A stretch of DNA of 64,000 bases from IMG/VR virus record IMGVR_UViG_3300046779_000879, positions 1-64,000 of that record. The stretch is one strand, 5' to 3'. Shown here in pieces: positions 19,171-28,283 of the stretch (position 1 is its first letter; each line of letters begins with the position of its first letter). The notes under the pieces are model-generated. The model saw only the letters and a program-made list of their open reading frames with translations, did not search any database and was not told where the DNA came from. A program made the position numbers and the translations under genes. Source of the stretch: a virus.

Positions 19171-19685
19171 TAAAGTTTACTACTTTCTTTATAAAAAATA
19201 TGTCTACCAATTACGGCAGTCTTTTCAAGTCCACGCCATCTTGGATTCACGTAATCGGCATGGTAAAATAGTGCACCATGTGTGACATCCTTAATTTTAT
19301 CGTAATTCGCATAAACAAAGAGTGCAACTTCTCTTGCTTCTCTATATGCATGTGAATTAGATACTCTTTTACCTTCTTGACAGAACCAAGTGAACTGACA
19401 AGTATAGTTTACCTTTTGTTTCACTACAGAACAAATATCTTTTGGATATCTTGGATCTTGCACTCTGTTCATTGTTACAAGCGCAACTGCAACACGACCT
19501 TTTTCTGGTTCATGACCAGCTTCGAAATAAATGTTATCTGCCAAACAATCAACTTGCTTTTTAGCATCTTTAGTTAATTGAGTATATTCCACATCAATAA
19601 GTTTGTCAGATGAAAATGTAGAACTCATGAAAACAATACTGCTCATGAGAAACAATGCTACTAAAACGTATAATCGCTTTTGCAT
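19170..19685 (-). CDS. SleB/Hydrolase_2 cell wall hydrolase
   Basis: Signal anchor; CLADNIYFEA..VA.V.MNRV..P..IC.VV.Q..QFTW..HADYVNPRW..IGRHIFY. Confidence 0.9.
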   Translation of the reverse strand: MQKRLYVLVALFLMSSIVFMSSTFSSDKLIDVEYTQLTKDAKKQVDCLADNIYFEAGHEPEKGRVAVALVTMNRVQDPRYPKDICSVVKQKVNYTCQFTWFCQEGKRVSNSHAYREAREVALFVYANYDKIKDVTHGALFYHADYVNPRWRGLEKTAVIGRHIFYKESSKL

Positions 19686-19743
19686 ACGATCTCCTTAAAT
19701 CAGTTAGAGAGTAACACAAATGAATGTGTTACTCCGATCCCTA

Positions 19744-20019
19744 TCAGGTTGACTTTTTGCTAGTCTTTGTAGTATCTAGTGGGATGTTTGAAACAAAACC
19801 ATTAAGGGTCTGAGCCTTTGCAATGATTTCAGTTTCTGATGGATATGCTGGGAATCCTGGATGTTCAGGTAGCACACCGCCATTGATTTTAGCAACTTCT
19901 AACTGGGCTTGCCAGCTATTGCTAATTACTTCACGCTTACCGTAGTATTCATCGTTAAGCATGTCTTTCGCCATTTTTAATAGTTCAAGGCGAATCTCGA
20001 ACGGGGTCATATTACTCAT
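19744..20019 (-). CDS. conserved hypothetical phage protein
   Basis: PFEIRLELLKMAKDML...YPSETEIIAKAQTLNGFVS; strong AAAGGAG RBS. Confidence 0.75.
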   Translation of the reverse strand: MSNMTPFEIRLELLKMAKDMLNDEYYGKREVISNSWQAQLEVAKINGGVLPEHPGFPAYPSETEIIAKAQTLNGFVSNIPLDTTKTSKKST

Positions 20020-20102
20020 ATTAAATCTCCTTTGTGTGTTATGAGTTGTGTGTAATGAAGGTTTTATTGGGATCCTTCAACCCACTGTGTATAATTATTT
20101 AG
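20020..20102 (-). promoter_or_regulatory. late promoter plus structured 5' leader (H-type pseudoknot and ACACA repeats)
   Basis: CTAAATA 20096-20102; pairings UGGG/CCCA and UGAAGG/CCUUCA (20056-20084); three ACACA(CA) motifs. Confidence 0.55.
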
Positions 20103-20108
20103 GAAGAA

Positions 20109-20306
20109 TTACTTCTTTGCTTCTTCTTTCTTCTCTACTTTCTTAGGTGTTGGCTTATCACCTTTTGGTGCTGGAGGACACTTGCCGTCTTTATCTTTCT
20201 TTACGCAATTGTCTTCTTTCTTTGTCTCTGCTTTCTTCGCTGGTTCTGCAGCTTGTACTGCAACAGATGCAAACGCTAACATAATTGCTGTTACTAATGC
20301 TTTCAT
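20109..20306 (-). CDS. small secreted Lys-rich protein
   Basis: Signal peptide ending AVQA; two Cys. Confidence 0.65.
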   Translation of the reverse strand: MKALVTAIMLAFASVAVQAAEPAKKAETKKEDNCVKKDKDGKCPPAPKGDKPTPKKVEKKEEAKK

Positions 20307-20788
20307 TTTGAAACTCCTATAAAATTAATATTGACATCTGGATTACTATCGATGATATCATTCCATCGTTTTCGCCAAATACTTACTTTCTCACTACTAT
20401 CTAATGATCTACTATCAATCCACTGATGTGTGTAACTTTCAGTGTTTTCTGTAAACCAAGAGTCACATCCATAGATATCTACTTCTTTATATCCAAGATC
20501 AATAACCTTTCTTGTGGCAGCATGTCCACTTGAATCATGTTCTTGAAATTTATCTACGAATCCTAAAAAGTATGGTTCAAATCTCTGTCTCTTATGTAAC
20601 TCTCGCCAAGCATCAACACTTACATAAAATGGACATGGAGTTTCCCATCTCTCTAATACATTAACATCTATGACAACTGTTGCATTTACTTTAGTCCAAG
20701 GTATGTTACAACCTATTACATAATCATACTCTAAAGATGAAAGATAGTCAACTCTACTTGGTCCATTACAAAGAACTGCAACTTTCAT
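20303..20788 (-). CDS. DUF115/MptE- or sialyltransferase-like fold protein
   Basis: VAVLCNGPS..VIGCN..SSGHAA..LGYKEVDIYGCD. Confidence 0.5.
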   Translation of the reverse strand: MKVAVLCNGPSRVDYLSSLEYDYVIGCNIPWTKVNATVVIDVNVLERWETPCPFYVSVDAWRELHKRQRFEPYFLGFVDKFQEHDSSGHAATRKVIDLGYKEVDIYGCDSWFTENTESYTHQWIDSRSLDSSEKVSIWRKRWNDIIDSNPDVNINFIGVSK

Positions 20789-20805
20789 TTCTATCTCCGA
20801 ATTAG

Positions 20806-21150
20806 TGATAGGTTATTCTGTTACGAGGAAACCTATCGAAACCCTAAGCAGTGTTTAGGCTGCTAATGCGAACTGTGCGTCGTTTGCGTTTACGTTTTTT
20901 GCGCTTTTATTTGGGGTCTTTGAAATTATCTCTTGAACCTTTCGGTCTACACCCAAACCAGTAGTCGCCTACTGTGCTGTCCACTCTGTTACTCATTGCC
21001 CTGTCGAAACCTAGTCACCCCCATCAGAAGTATATTGCCACTTTCGTGTTTGCTTCCAGAATACTCGGATCGTCAATATACTTTTGGTGGAGGTGGAGGG
21101 AATCGAACCCTCGTCCAGAACACCTTTCTCTTTGCTTCATACAGCAATTC
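20806..21150 (-). ncRNA. ssrA: circularly permuted (two-piece) tmRNA; tag ANDAQFALAA; outer limits approximate
   Basis: T-arm and acceptor 3' strand ..GGTTCGATTCCCTCCACCTCCACCA (ends 21085) come first. An intervening stem follows, then GGGGGTGACTAGGTTTCGAC (starts 21022). G3:U70 is present; tag ORF 20855-20887. Confidence 0.93.
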
Positions 21151-21251
21151 TTTACATAAGCCAATGTACAAACACTAATATCATTAGTAGTATTATTACA
21201 ATGACTTCATATGCTTTCATACATCTATTATACTTTATATATTGTTACATG

Positions 21252-21962
21252 TCAAATATTAATTGACTCTACATTTGCAGCTTGTTTTAAAAATTCATAA
21301 GTCTTATCGGTAGCAACACCAGTAGTCACTAAAGTAAATCTAGGATTACGACCAGCATTTGCTGTACAGTGAGGTACATGCTTCCAATCAAATGTATGAA
21401 TGTCGCCAGCTTTCCAATGAGTATAAACGTGGTTACCATATTGATAGAAATGTCCAGGTTCCCAATCAGAAAGCATAATTACAATTCGCATAATCCTACT
21501 GTGATCAGAAGGATAAATTCTACCTAACTTATCCATGTGGATGTTAAACACTTCACCAACTACTTGCATGTGAGTTTTATCATGGCCATTCTCAAGACCA
21601 ATCATATCACAAATCTTTTGCAACTTAGGTGTTAATGATGCACCCATGTGACAAATACTCATATTAGGATTACCGCCACCTTGTTCAATATCATATTCTT
21701 CTGCTTTGATCCAATTGTTTGGTGGTGTTTCTTGTCCACCATCGCCACGATCAGTTTTTGCTCCAAATATACGAGTGCGCCAAGACGATGCTTGTGAGTT
21801 GTTTTTAATCCATTCTCTTTCTTCAGAGAAGTCGCTATTAAATCTTCCAAGTCCTTTGACACAATCCCAACGAGGATCAAAACGATTCACATCGAAGTGA
21901 TATTGAGATTGTGTCTTTTTAATTTCCTCAAAAGAACTTTGTTTAAGTTCTACAAATTCCAT
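21252..21962 (-). CDS. cupin / 2OG-Fe(II) oxygenase-like protein
   Basis: IHMD...WKAGDIHTFDWKHVPHCTANAG..PR (HxD..H..R pattern). Confidence 0.6.
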   Translation of the reverse strand: MEFVELKQSSFEEIKKTQSQYHFDVNRFDPRWDCVKGLGRFNSDFSEEREWIKNNSQASSWRTRIFGAKTDRGDGGQETPPNNWIKAEEYDIEQGGGNPNMSICHMGASLTPKLQKICDMIGLENGHDKTHMQVVGEVFNIHMDKLGRIYPSDHSRIMRIVIMLSDWEPGHFYQYGNHVYTHWKAGDIHTFDWKHVPHCTANAGRNPRFTLVTTGVATDKTYEFLKQAANVESINI

Positions 21963-22927
21963 TACTTTTTATCCATTTTTGCATTTAATAAAAGAGCAGT
22001 TGGTAGATATTTTGTACGGAGATTTTCAATAACTTTCTTTGCGTCAGTTGGATTAAGATCTGATGCAGCGGTCATATAGTTCTCATCAAAATATTTTTTG
22101 ACATTTGGACTTTTAATAGCTGTGGAGAATGTTTTAACATACCAGTCAACAATTTCTTTTGGAGTATCTTTTGGTAGTGTAATGTTCCACATAGCCATAA
22201 CTTCTACACCTGGAAGCAATTCAGCAATTTTTGGTACATTTGGAAATGCTGGATGTCTTTTATCACCAGTAACAGCAATAAGTTTAACTTTACCATCTTT
22301 AATTTGTGGAGCAGCGACAGCTAATGGCATCATACCAAATTCAGTGTGCCCACCTACAACATCCATTAATGCTTGCATTGGACCTTTGTAACTAACTTGT
22401 TGGACTCGTGTTCTGTCACCATTCGCTTTGTCCATAACAAGACCAAAAATTAAATATTGCACATTACTTCCGATAGCAATATCTACTGGTTTTCCTGGAT
22501 TTTTAATATATTGTACAAATTCTTTAGCAGTATTAACTTTACTATTCGGTCTTGCTACGATAACCTGTGGTGAAGTAGCAATACTTAATATTGGATTAAG
22601 ATCTTCATACTTGTATCTAATCGCTTGTGCATCAAATGCTTCATTAGTTACATATGTGCTTAGATTTCCAGTAACATTTAAACTATATCCATCTGGTGGA
22701 AGTTTTACTGTATGATTTACAGAAATAACACCATCTGCTCCAGGCATATTTTGAACAACAAAATTTATTTTTGGATTTGTTCTTTCGATTTCAGCAATGA
22801 CACCTCTGAATGAAAGTTCATTACCTGATCCTGGACCATATCCAATAATAGCAGTGATAGGTTTGGTGGGTTCCCAAGCGAACGCAAGGGTAGGGATGAG
22901 TAGCATAGCTACTAAGAGTTTTTTCAT
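21962..22927 (-). CDS. Bug/TctC tripartite tricarboxylate transporter solute-binding protein
   Basis: Signal peptide; WEPTKPI..IIGYGPGSG..VVQNMPGADG..PPDGYSL..VSYKG..ALMDVVGG..GKVKLIAVTG..RHPAFPNVP. Confidence 0.9.
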   Translation of the reverse strand: MKKLLVAMLLIPTLAFAWEPTKPITAIIGYGPGSGNELSFRGVIAEIERTNPKINFVVQNMPGADGVISVNHTVKLPPDGYSLNVTGNLSTYVTNEAFDAQAIRYKYEDLNPILSIATSPQVIVARPNSKVNTAKEFVQYIKNPGKPVDIAIGSNVQYLIFGLVMDKANGDRTRVQQVSYKGPMQALMDVVGGHTEFGMMPLAVAAPQIKDGKVKLIAVTGDKRHPAFPNVPKIAELLPGVEVMAMWNITLPKDTPKEIVDWYVKTFSTAIKSPNVKKYFDENYMTAASDLNPTDAKKVIENLRTKYLPTALLLNAKMDKK

Positions 22928-22994
22928 TTTAAATTACCTTTTAAGTTTTAAATTAAAAAGTATATTGGCACTAATCGTCCGTCAATACTATATG

Positions 22995-23543
22995 TTATAA
23001 CAAAATACTTCTCACATCGTTTGGCAACACTGGATCTTTCATTCGTTCAGGATGCCAGACGATTCCGTATATGGATTTATATTTATGCTTAAATGCTTCA
23101 GTATAACCATCTAAATCCATAGCAACTTTTTCCATATCTGGTCCAAGTTTATCTATAGATTGACCATGATAACTGTTCACAGTATAAATGTTATCTTCCA
23201 TAATAATCTCATGATCAGTTTGAACATGACCATCGATATATCCATTTACTCCGCCTGTTAAATCATTAACAGCAAATGCTCCATGACAGAAACCAAATAT
23301 TGGTTTGTTTAATTTATATGCATGGGCAAATAGTAAATCTTCAGTAGTATGACGTTCAATGCTATCTGGACCACCAGTCAACACTAAACAATCAAACTCA
23401 ATTGATTCATCTATCATACCTAAATTTGGTACAGGAATCAAATTATGTTTTTTAAACAATGCATACCAACTACGCTCTAAAGCATCGAAAGTAAAATGTG
23501 ATGGAGGGATGCGAACATCCCTCTGTGAAATCAATATATTCAT
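22995..23543 (-). CDS. class I glutamine amidotransferase / peptidase C26 (gamma-glutamyl hydrolase-like)
   Basis: LVLTGG; GFCHG; VNSYH; WHPE (catalytic triad). Confidence 0.88.
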   Translation of the reverse strand: MNILISQRDVRIPPSHFTFDALERSWYALFKKHNLIPVPNLGMIDESIEFDCLVLTGGPDSIERHTTEDLLFAHAYKLNKPIFGFCHGAFAVNDLTGGVNGYIDGHVQTDHEIIMEDNIYTVNSYHGQSIDKLGPDMEKVAMDLDGYTEAFKHKYKSIYGIVWHPERMKDPVLPNDVRSILL

Positions 23544-23559
23544 AACGAAGTGTAGAAAA

Positions 23560-24288
23560 TTAAATCGCTACGCTTAACTCACGAGTTGGTTGACCGTAAG
23601 CCTGTTTCATAGCAACTTGACCTTCTTCAGAAACTTGTGCGATAGACAAGCAAGTATTCTCATAAAGATCCCAAACAAAATTTTGAGCCATGTCTAGAGC
23701 ACGTTGCTGTGCTTCTGGAGTAGTACAAAGTTTTTCTAATTTCAAACGACCGATCTCGCTGTGGAATCTTTCGTCACGAGCAATTTTAGCGTAACGTGAA
23801 GAAACATAATCATCTTCAATAGACTCAGCCATTGCTTGCCATACAACTGCAGCACGACCTTCAGCCAAGAACTGATAAAGAGCCAATACTAACTCATCGT
23901 TCTGTGCATTGTACTTGTCAAGAATAAACACACCTTGTGATGGCATTTTCTTACCATGAGTAGCACCAAGTGCAGCTAAGTCAGCTTCAACACCAGAGAT
24001 GTGCTCGATAACTTCTTTAACCATACGGAAGTGATTGGCTTCATCGTATGCTTGTTTAGCTAACAATTGAGTTTCTTCGATTGGAGTATCAATTGGCTGA
24101 TTAGCAACTGCTTGTGCCAATTCAACCATGTTCCAACGCTCGTTGAATAAACGAATCTTAAAATAACCCAACAACTCTTCATTGCTTGGCTTAGTTGCGA
24201 AATACTCACGAGTAGTCTTATCAGCTACTGAGTAAAGAGTATCAAATGTAGATCTTAAATCTTGTACGAATTCTTTAGATGATTGCAT
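23560..24288 (-). CDS. ferritin-like di-iron protein, paralog B
   Basis: NERWNMVE..DEANHF..AEGRAA..DERFH; start MQSSKE after AAGGA. Confidence 0.8.
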   Translation of the reverse strand: MQSSKEFVQDLRSTFDTLYSVADKTTREYFATKPSNEELLGYFKIRLFNERWNMVELAQAVANQPIDTPIEETQLLAKQAYDEANHFRMVKEVIEHISGVEADLAALGATHGKKMPSQGVFILDKYNAQNDELVLALYQFLAEGRAAVVWQAMAESIEDDYVSSRYAKIARDERFHSEIGRLKLEKLCTTPEAQQRALDMAQNFVWDLYENTCLSIAQVSEEGQVAMKQAYGQPTRELSVAI

Positions 24289-24301
24289 ATTATTTCCTTG
24301 A

Positions 24302-25000
24302 TTATAGTGAGCCGTAAGCATCTTCCATAATCTTCTTGCTTTCTGCATTCATACCAGATTTTGCACAAGTGATTAGGAATAAATCTTTACGCATTGCATC
24401 AGCGACTTCCATGATTTGCTGTTGAGCAACTGGATCTTCGCATAACTGCATTAATTGGCGACGACCGATAGAAGCATGGAACTTTTCATCTTTAGCGATC
24501 TTAGCATAAGTGCTGGCGATAAACTGATCTTCAATGCATTCTGACATCATAGCCCAGTTACGAGCAGCACGTCCTTCAGCAACCAATTGATAAAGTGCCA
24601 ACATTACTGGACTTTTATCTCCGCCATATTTCTTAATAAGTGCAGCACCTTTAGTTGCTAATTGGTCAGCGTGTGCTTCAACAGCAGCACCAACATCACA
24701 TGGTTCGCCAGAGAGATGCTCGATGACGTTTTTAACCATACGGAAGTGTTTAGCTTCGTCTTGGGCTTGTTTAGCTAAAAGATTTAATTCAGTAGTATCT
24801 GCGTCTGCTGGAGCAGCTGCGATTTGCGCAGAGATTTCTACCATATTCATACGCTCGTTAACCATACGACCTTTAAAGTGTTCGATTAGTTCAGCCTTAG
24901 ATGGCTTAGAGTCAAAGTATGATTTTACTTGAAGTTCTGAGGCACGAAATAGTGCTTCATTGTTCTTTTCTAATTGTTCAACGAATTGTGCAGCTTGCAT
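24302..25000 (-). CDS. ferritin-like di-iron protein, paralog A
   Basis: NERMNMVE..DEAKHF..AEGRAA..DEKFH. Confidence 0.8.
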   Translation of the reverse strand: MQAAQFVEQLEKNNEALFRASELQVKSYFDSKPSKAELIEHFKGRMVNERMNMVEISAQIAAAPADADTTELNLLAKQAQDEAKHFRMVKNVIEHLSGEPCDVGAAVEAHADQLATKGAALIKKYGGDKSPVMLALYQLVAEGRAARNWAMMSECIEDQFIASTYAKIAKDEKFHASIGRRQLMQLCEDPVAQQQIMEVADAMRKDLFLITCAKSGMNAESKKIMEDAYGSL

Positions 25001-25034
25001 TTTTAATTTCCTCGTTAGGGGTTGCTTTACGTAT

Positions 25035-25041
25035 TATTTAG
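25035..25041 (-). promoter_or_regulatory. late promoter (CTAAATA) of the ferritin-like operon
   Basis: Recurrent late motif. Confidence 0.55.
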
Positions 25042-25052
25042 TAATTCATAAA

Positions 25053-25706
25053 TCACAGATTTTTGAGATTTTTATAGTCTAATCTCAATTTTCTGAATCC
25101 ACCGATCCAATTATCTCTTTTTTCGATAAACAACCTAGGATCGTCGTTATCTACCGCCATTATAATAACAAGCCTACCAACAGGTATTCCTGTTCTTTCT
25201 TCAAAAGCCACTGCATATGCTGCAGTTTGCATAAAATAGTTATGGATATCGTCTCTATCTTTAGGTTTACTAGACGTTTTAAAGTCTATGACAGACAGTT
25301 TACCCTGAAATTCTGCGATACAATCCACAGTACCTGCTACTTCTAAAAAGTCTGAGTATAGTGGATCTTCCAAAGCATGTATATTATTTATATCACCTAG
25401 CCAGTCTTTAATCGACCCAAACATCTCTGCATCAAATATATCTGGGTCAGTAGGTTCTCCACGCAGATAGGATTCACAGAGGGAGTGGATTCTTGTACCT
25501 CTTGCGCTGGCTCTTCCAGAGATTTTATTGGCTTCTTCTTCTCCAACTCTCTTTCGCCATTCTGCAATTCCTTTTGCTGAGTGCAATCCTGTGACTGTTG
25601 TAACGGAGGGATAGGCTCGACCCGAAGGGGTTTTGTATACCCTCGTACCATTTGAGGCAGTGTCACGTTCAAGTTTGGGTAAATCATGATGTATAAATGT
25701 TTTCAT
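25053..25706 (-). CDS. PD-(D/E)XK exonuclease
   Basis: R.Y.TP.G..YPSVTTV..WRKRVG..RGT.IH..AGTVDC..IDFKTS..YFMQ..AY. Confidence 0.88.
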   Translation of the reverse strand: MKTFIHHDLPKLERDTASNGTRVYKTPSGRAYPSVTTVTGLHSAKGIAEWRKRVGEEEANKISGRASARGTRIHSLCESYLRGEPTDPDIFDAEMFGSIKDWLGDINNIHALEDPLYSDFLEVAGTVDCIAEFQGKLSVIDFKTSSKPKDRDDIHNYFMQTAAYAVAFEERTGIPVGRLVIIMAVDNDDPRLFIEKRDNWIGGFRKLRLDYKNLKNL

Positions 25707-26326
25707 TATGTAAGTAAGTGAATTGCTTCCTCGTAGTGATGAATACGATCTTCAAGACCAATGTAACCACCATTAATTTTTTTCGTCATTAGTTTAATGT
25801 CACCAGAATCTGCCTGAACATTTAACTTGTTCTTGTTCCAGAACCAAATAGCAGACATCAAAGCAAAATCTTTATCTGCACAAACCCAGTCTGGATTCTC
25901 AAATAGATTTTCCCAGTCTTCAAACATATCTTTGGCAAATGAACGATAGTTGTCTTTTCCAGTTAACTGAATTGGTCCACGTCCACGATATTTCCATCCG
26001 TCACCTGATGACTCTGGTCCATTACCCATACGACCACCATAAACCTTGTTAGCAATCATTTCTGGTTTGCGTGCATAAGGTTGTGCTGATTCAATTGTAG
26101 GGAAATACTTTTTGAAGATACCATTTAATCCTTGTGCAGAATAGTTAAGGTTTTCTTCAAACGTAGTCCAACCACCAGACTCGTGTCCGCACTGCGCAAG
26201 AAACGCAGCAACACGTTTTGGTGTATTGATTTCGTATGTTGGGAATACTCCACTCATAGAAGTCGCCCAGCCCTCTGGGTCTTGTGCTCTTGGGAATAAT
26301 GTTTTAAATTGTTGTCCTGTAATCAT
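25706..26326 (-). CDS. GH19 endolysin
   Basis: AAFLAQCGHESGG..ENLNYSA..GDGWKYRGRGPIQLTGKDNY..TKKINGG..GL.DR. Confidence 0.93.
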   Translation of the reverse strand: MITGQQFKTLFPRAQDPEGWATSMSGVFPTYEINTPKRVAAFLAQCGHESGGWTTFEENLNYSAQGLNGIFKKYFPTIESAQPYARKPEMIANKVYGGRMGNGPESSGDGWKYRGRGPIQLTGKDNYRSFAKDMFEDWENLFENPDWVCADKDFALMSAIWFWNKNKLNVQADSGDIKLMTKKINGGYIGLEDRIHHYEEAIHLLT

Positions 26327-27093
26327 TCTCGATCCTCTAGTTTTAGTTTAGCCAAGATGTAATCTTTGACCAATGACGAACGAACAATATCATCAGGTGT
26401 AAATTCAATTCGAGTGAAAGCACTCATGTGCATGGCAATATCAAAAAATTTCAGAATACCTGATACATCATTCTTCTTTTTATTTAGATCAGTCTGGCGA
26501 TAATCACCACACCAAATAATCTTCGAGCGATAACCAACACGTGTCATAACAGTGTCAATTTCCTCGAATGTTAAATTCTGCATTTCATCAACAATAATAA
26601 TAGCATCATCAAATGACATACCACGAATGAATGATGTAGAGATAAACTCAATGTGATGTTGTTCTTCTAAACGATCCCACGCATCTTTGCGACCAAATAA
26701 TGTTTCGCAAATTTGACGATAAGGCTGTTGGAAGATTTCCATCTTCTCATTCACATCTCCTGGAAGATGACCAATCTCACGTGATTGTACTGCTGAACGC
26801 ACTACGATAATTTTATCAAATGGATTTGATTTATCCATCACCTCTTCAATGGCTTTATATAAAGCGATAAAAGTTTTACCTGTTCCTGCCACTCCATGTA
26901 ATGCTACGAAATAGTCACCACGTTTATATGCATCAAAAAATAATTTTTGGTTATTTGTTAGTGGTTCAAAAGTTTTTAAATCATCAAGTCGTAGTTTTAA
27001 ATGATTATTAACAGGTTTGCTATTTCGTGTCGCTTCTTTTGGCTCACATTGTACATTATCTACTGGTTTTATTGCTGCTGGTTTACGAGCCAT
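26323..27093 (-). CDS. phoH: PhoH-family ATPase
   Basis: GVAGTGKT; IGHLPG; FIRG.SF; IVDEMQN; TRVG; GD..Q.DL; DIVRS.LV. Confidence 0.95.
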   Translation of the reverse strand: MARKPAAIKPVDNVQCEPKEATRNSKPVNNHLKLRLDDLKTFEPLTNNQKLFFDAYKRGDYFVALHGVAGTGKTFIALYKAIEEVMDKSNPFDKIIVVRSAVQSREIGHLPGDVNEKMEIFQQPYRQICETLFGRKDAWDRLEEQHHIEFISTSFIRGMSFDDAIIIVDEMQNLTFEEIDTVMTRVGYRSKIIWCGDYRQTDLNKKKNDVSGILKFFDIAMHMSAFTRIEFTPDDIVRSSLVKDYILAKLKLEDRE

Positions 27094-27106
27094 TCGTGTC
27101 CCCTAA

Positions 27107-27355
27107 TTATAATTGTGATGAAGACTTTTGTAGTTGACTTCCTGGAGTTTTTTCGTGGATTCTTTGCAGCACCTCCTTAAATCCTGTGTCGAATTTGCGT
27201 GTGGATGACATTTTAGTTGGGTCACCAAATGCCACTGATTGAATCACTGTTTCTAACTGAGGATTTTCATTTCTGAAAGTATCTAACTCAGAAATTTTCA
27301 TAATCTTCTCGAACTGCTCACCTGTTTCTTTATTTCGAAATACATAAGTTGGCAT
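27107..27355 (-). CDS. FmdB-like small protein
   Basis: MPTYVF.N.ETGE.FE..M...GFKEVL.RI..PGS. Confidence 0.65.
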   Translation of the reverse strand: MPTYVFRNKETGEQFEKIMKISELDTFRNENPQLETVIQSVAFGDPTKMSSTRKFDTGFKEVLQRIHEKTPGSQLQKSSSQL

Positions 27356-27375
27356 AATATCTCCTTCACATGTAT

Positions 27376-27984
27376 TTATGCTGGAACCATTTTGAATTTT
27401 ACTTTATTCTTCTCGGAAAGTGCAATTGCCTTGTGATTTCTGGTTTTCCACTCAGAAACATACCAAGATGGGATAGGTCTATTCGTCCAAACAGCAAATG
27501 GTTGTTTATCATTGATATAATAGTTGTGATATGCTTGAATCGAATCTGGAACTTTATATTGTTCAGGCATACATTGTGGCATTGGAGTCATACCACCAAT
27601 TTTAATATTGGTTGGTACATTATCAAGAAAAGGGATCAATTTTTCTGCTACGTGGTGTTTACCGTAGCGGAAAGTATACTCTTTCATAAGATCTCTCCAG
27701 AGAGAATATAACCACATGTAGTTGGCAGATGTCTCACGACACCATATGCCTGAAGGATGTTTCATATGTGATGCAAGATACAAATTATCTTCACGTTGGT
27801 CAGCTAATTTCCATCGCATGGCTTTTCGACCAGAAATAGACTTACCTTCATACTCATATCCATCAAGAAGACGATGAGCAGTAGACAAAAGTTGTGCGTA
27901 TTCTAAAATCATCTTAACGACATGTTTGTCAAGATGTTGTTTTGCACATTCTGTTGTGTCTTCGTGGAGATAAAATATATTCAT
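27376..27984 (-). CDS. pyrimidine-dimer DNA glycosylase-like protein
   Basis: MNIFYL..A..H.DKHVVKMILEYAQLLSTAH..HP..W..NY.WL..EYT.RYGK.H. Confidence 0.8.
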   Translation of the reverse strand: MNIFYLHEDTTECAKQHLDKHVVKMILEYAQLLSTAHRLLDGYEYEGKSISGRKAMRWKLADQREDNLYLASHMKHPSGIWCRETSANYMWLYSLWRDLMKEYTFRYGKHHVAEKLIPFLDNVPTNIKIGGMTPMPQCMPEQYKVPDSIQAYHNYYINDKQPFAVWTNRPIPSWYVSEWKTRNHKAIALSEKNKVKFKMVPA

Positions 27985-28283
27985 AGCATCCTAAGGAGTC
28001 CAACAATATCAATAGTTACCAATAACAAGTAGTTAGCCAACATGCCAAATGATTTCCGAGTATAAGCAGCCCAAGCATACATAGCACAGCCAGCAATCCA
28101 GATAGGATAAAGAATGAGTAGCGGTGGAGTGGGCACTGTGAGTGCCATGACGATTGCACAGCCAATACTAATAGCCCAAGCCAACAACTCAATAATAAAA
28201 CGAAAAGGACTACTATTCCAGTCATCACGAATCCAATCTAAGGTAGGTTTAAATAAATTTTTTATATTATGTTGTATAAGCAT
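27981..28283 (-). CDS. small multi-pass membrane protein
   Basis: Three hydrophobic segments. Confidence 0.7.
   Translation of the reverse strand: MLIQHNIKNLFKPTLDWIRDDWNSSPFRFIIELLAWAISIGCAIVMALTVPTPPLLILYPIWIAGCAMYAWAAYTRKSFGMLANYLLLVTIDIVGLLRML

Noticed and set aside
20933-21266. Three plus-strand ORFs
   Set aside because: Antisense to the tmRNA.
25053-25706. Cas4 as evidence of a CRISPR system
   Set aside because: Ordinary phage PD-(D/E)XK exonuclease without the Fe-S cysteines; no array or other cas genes.
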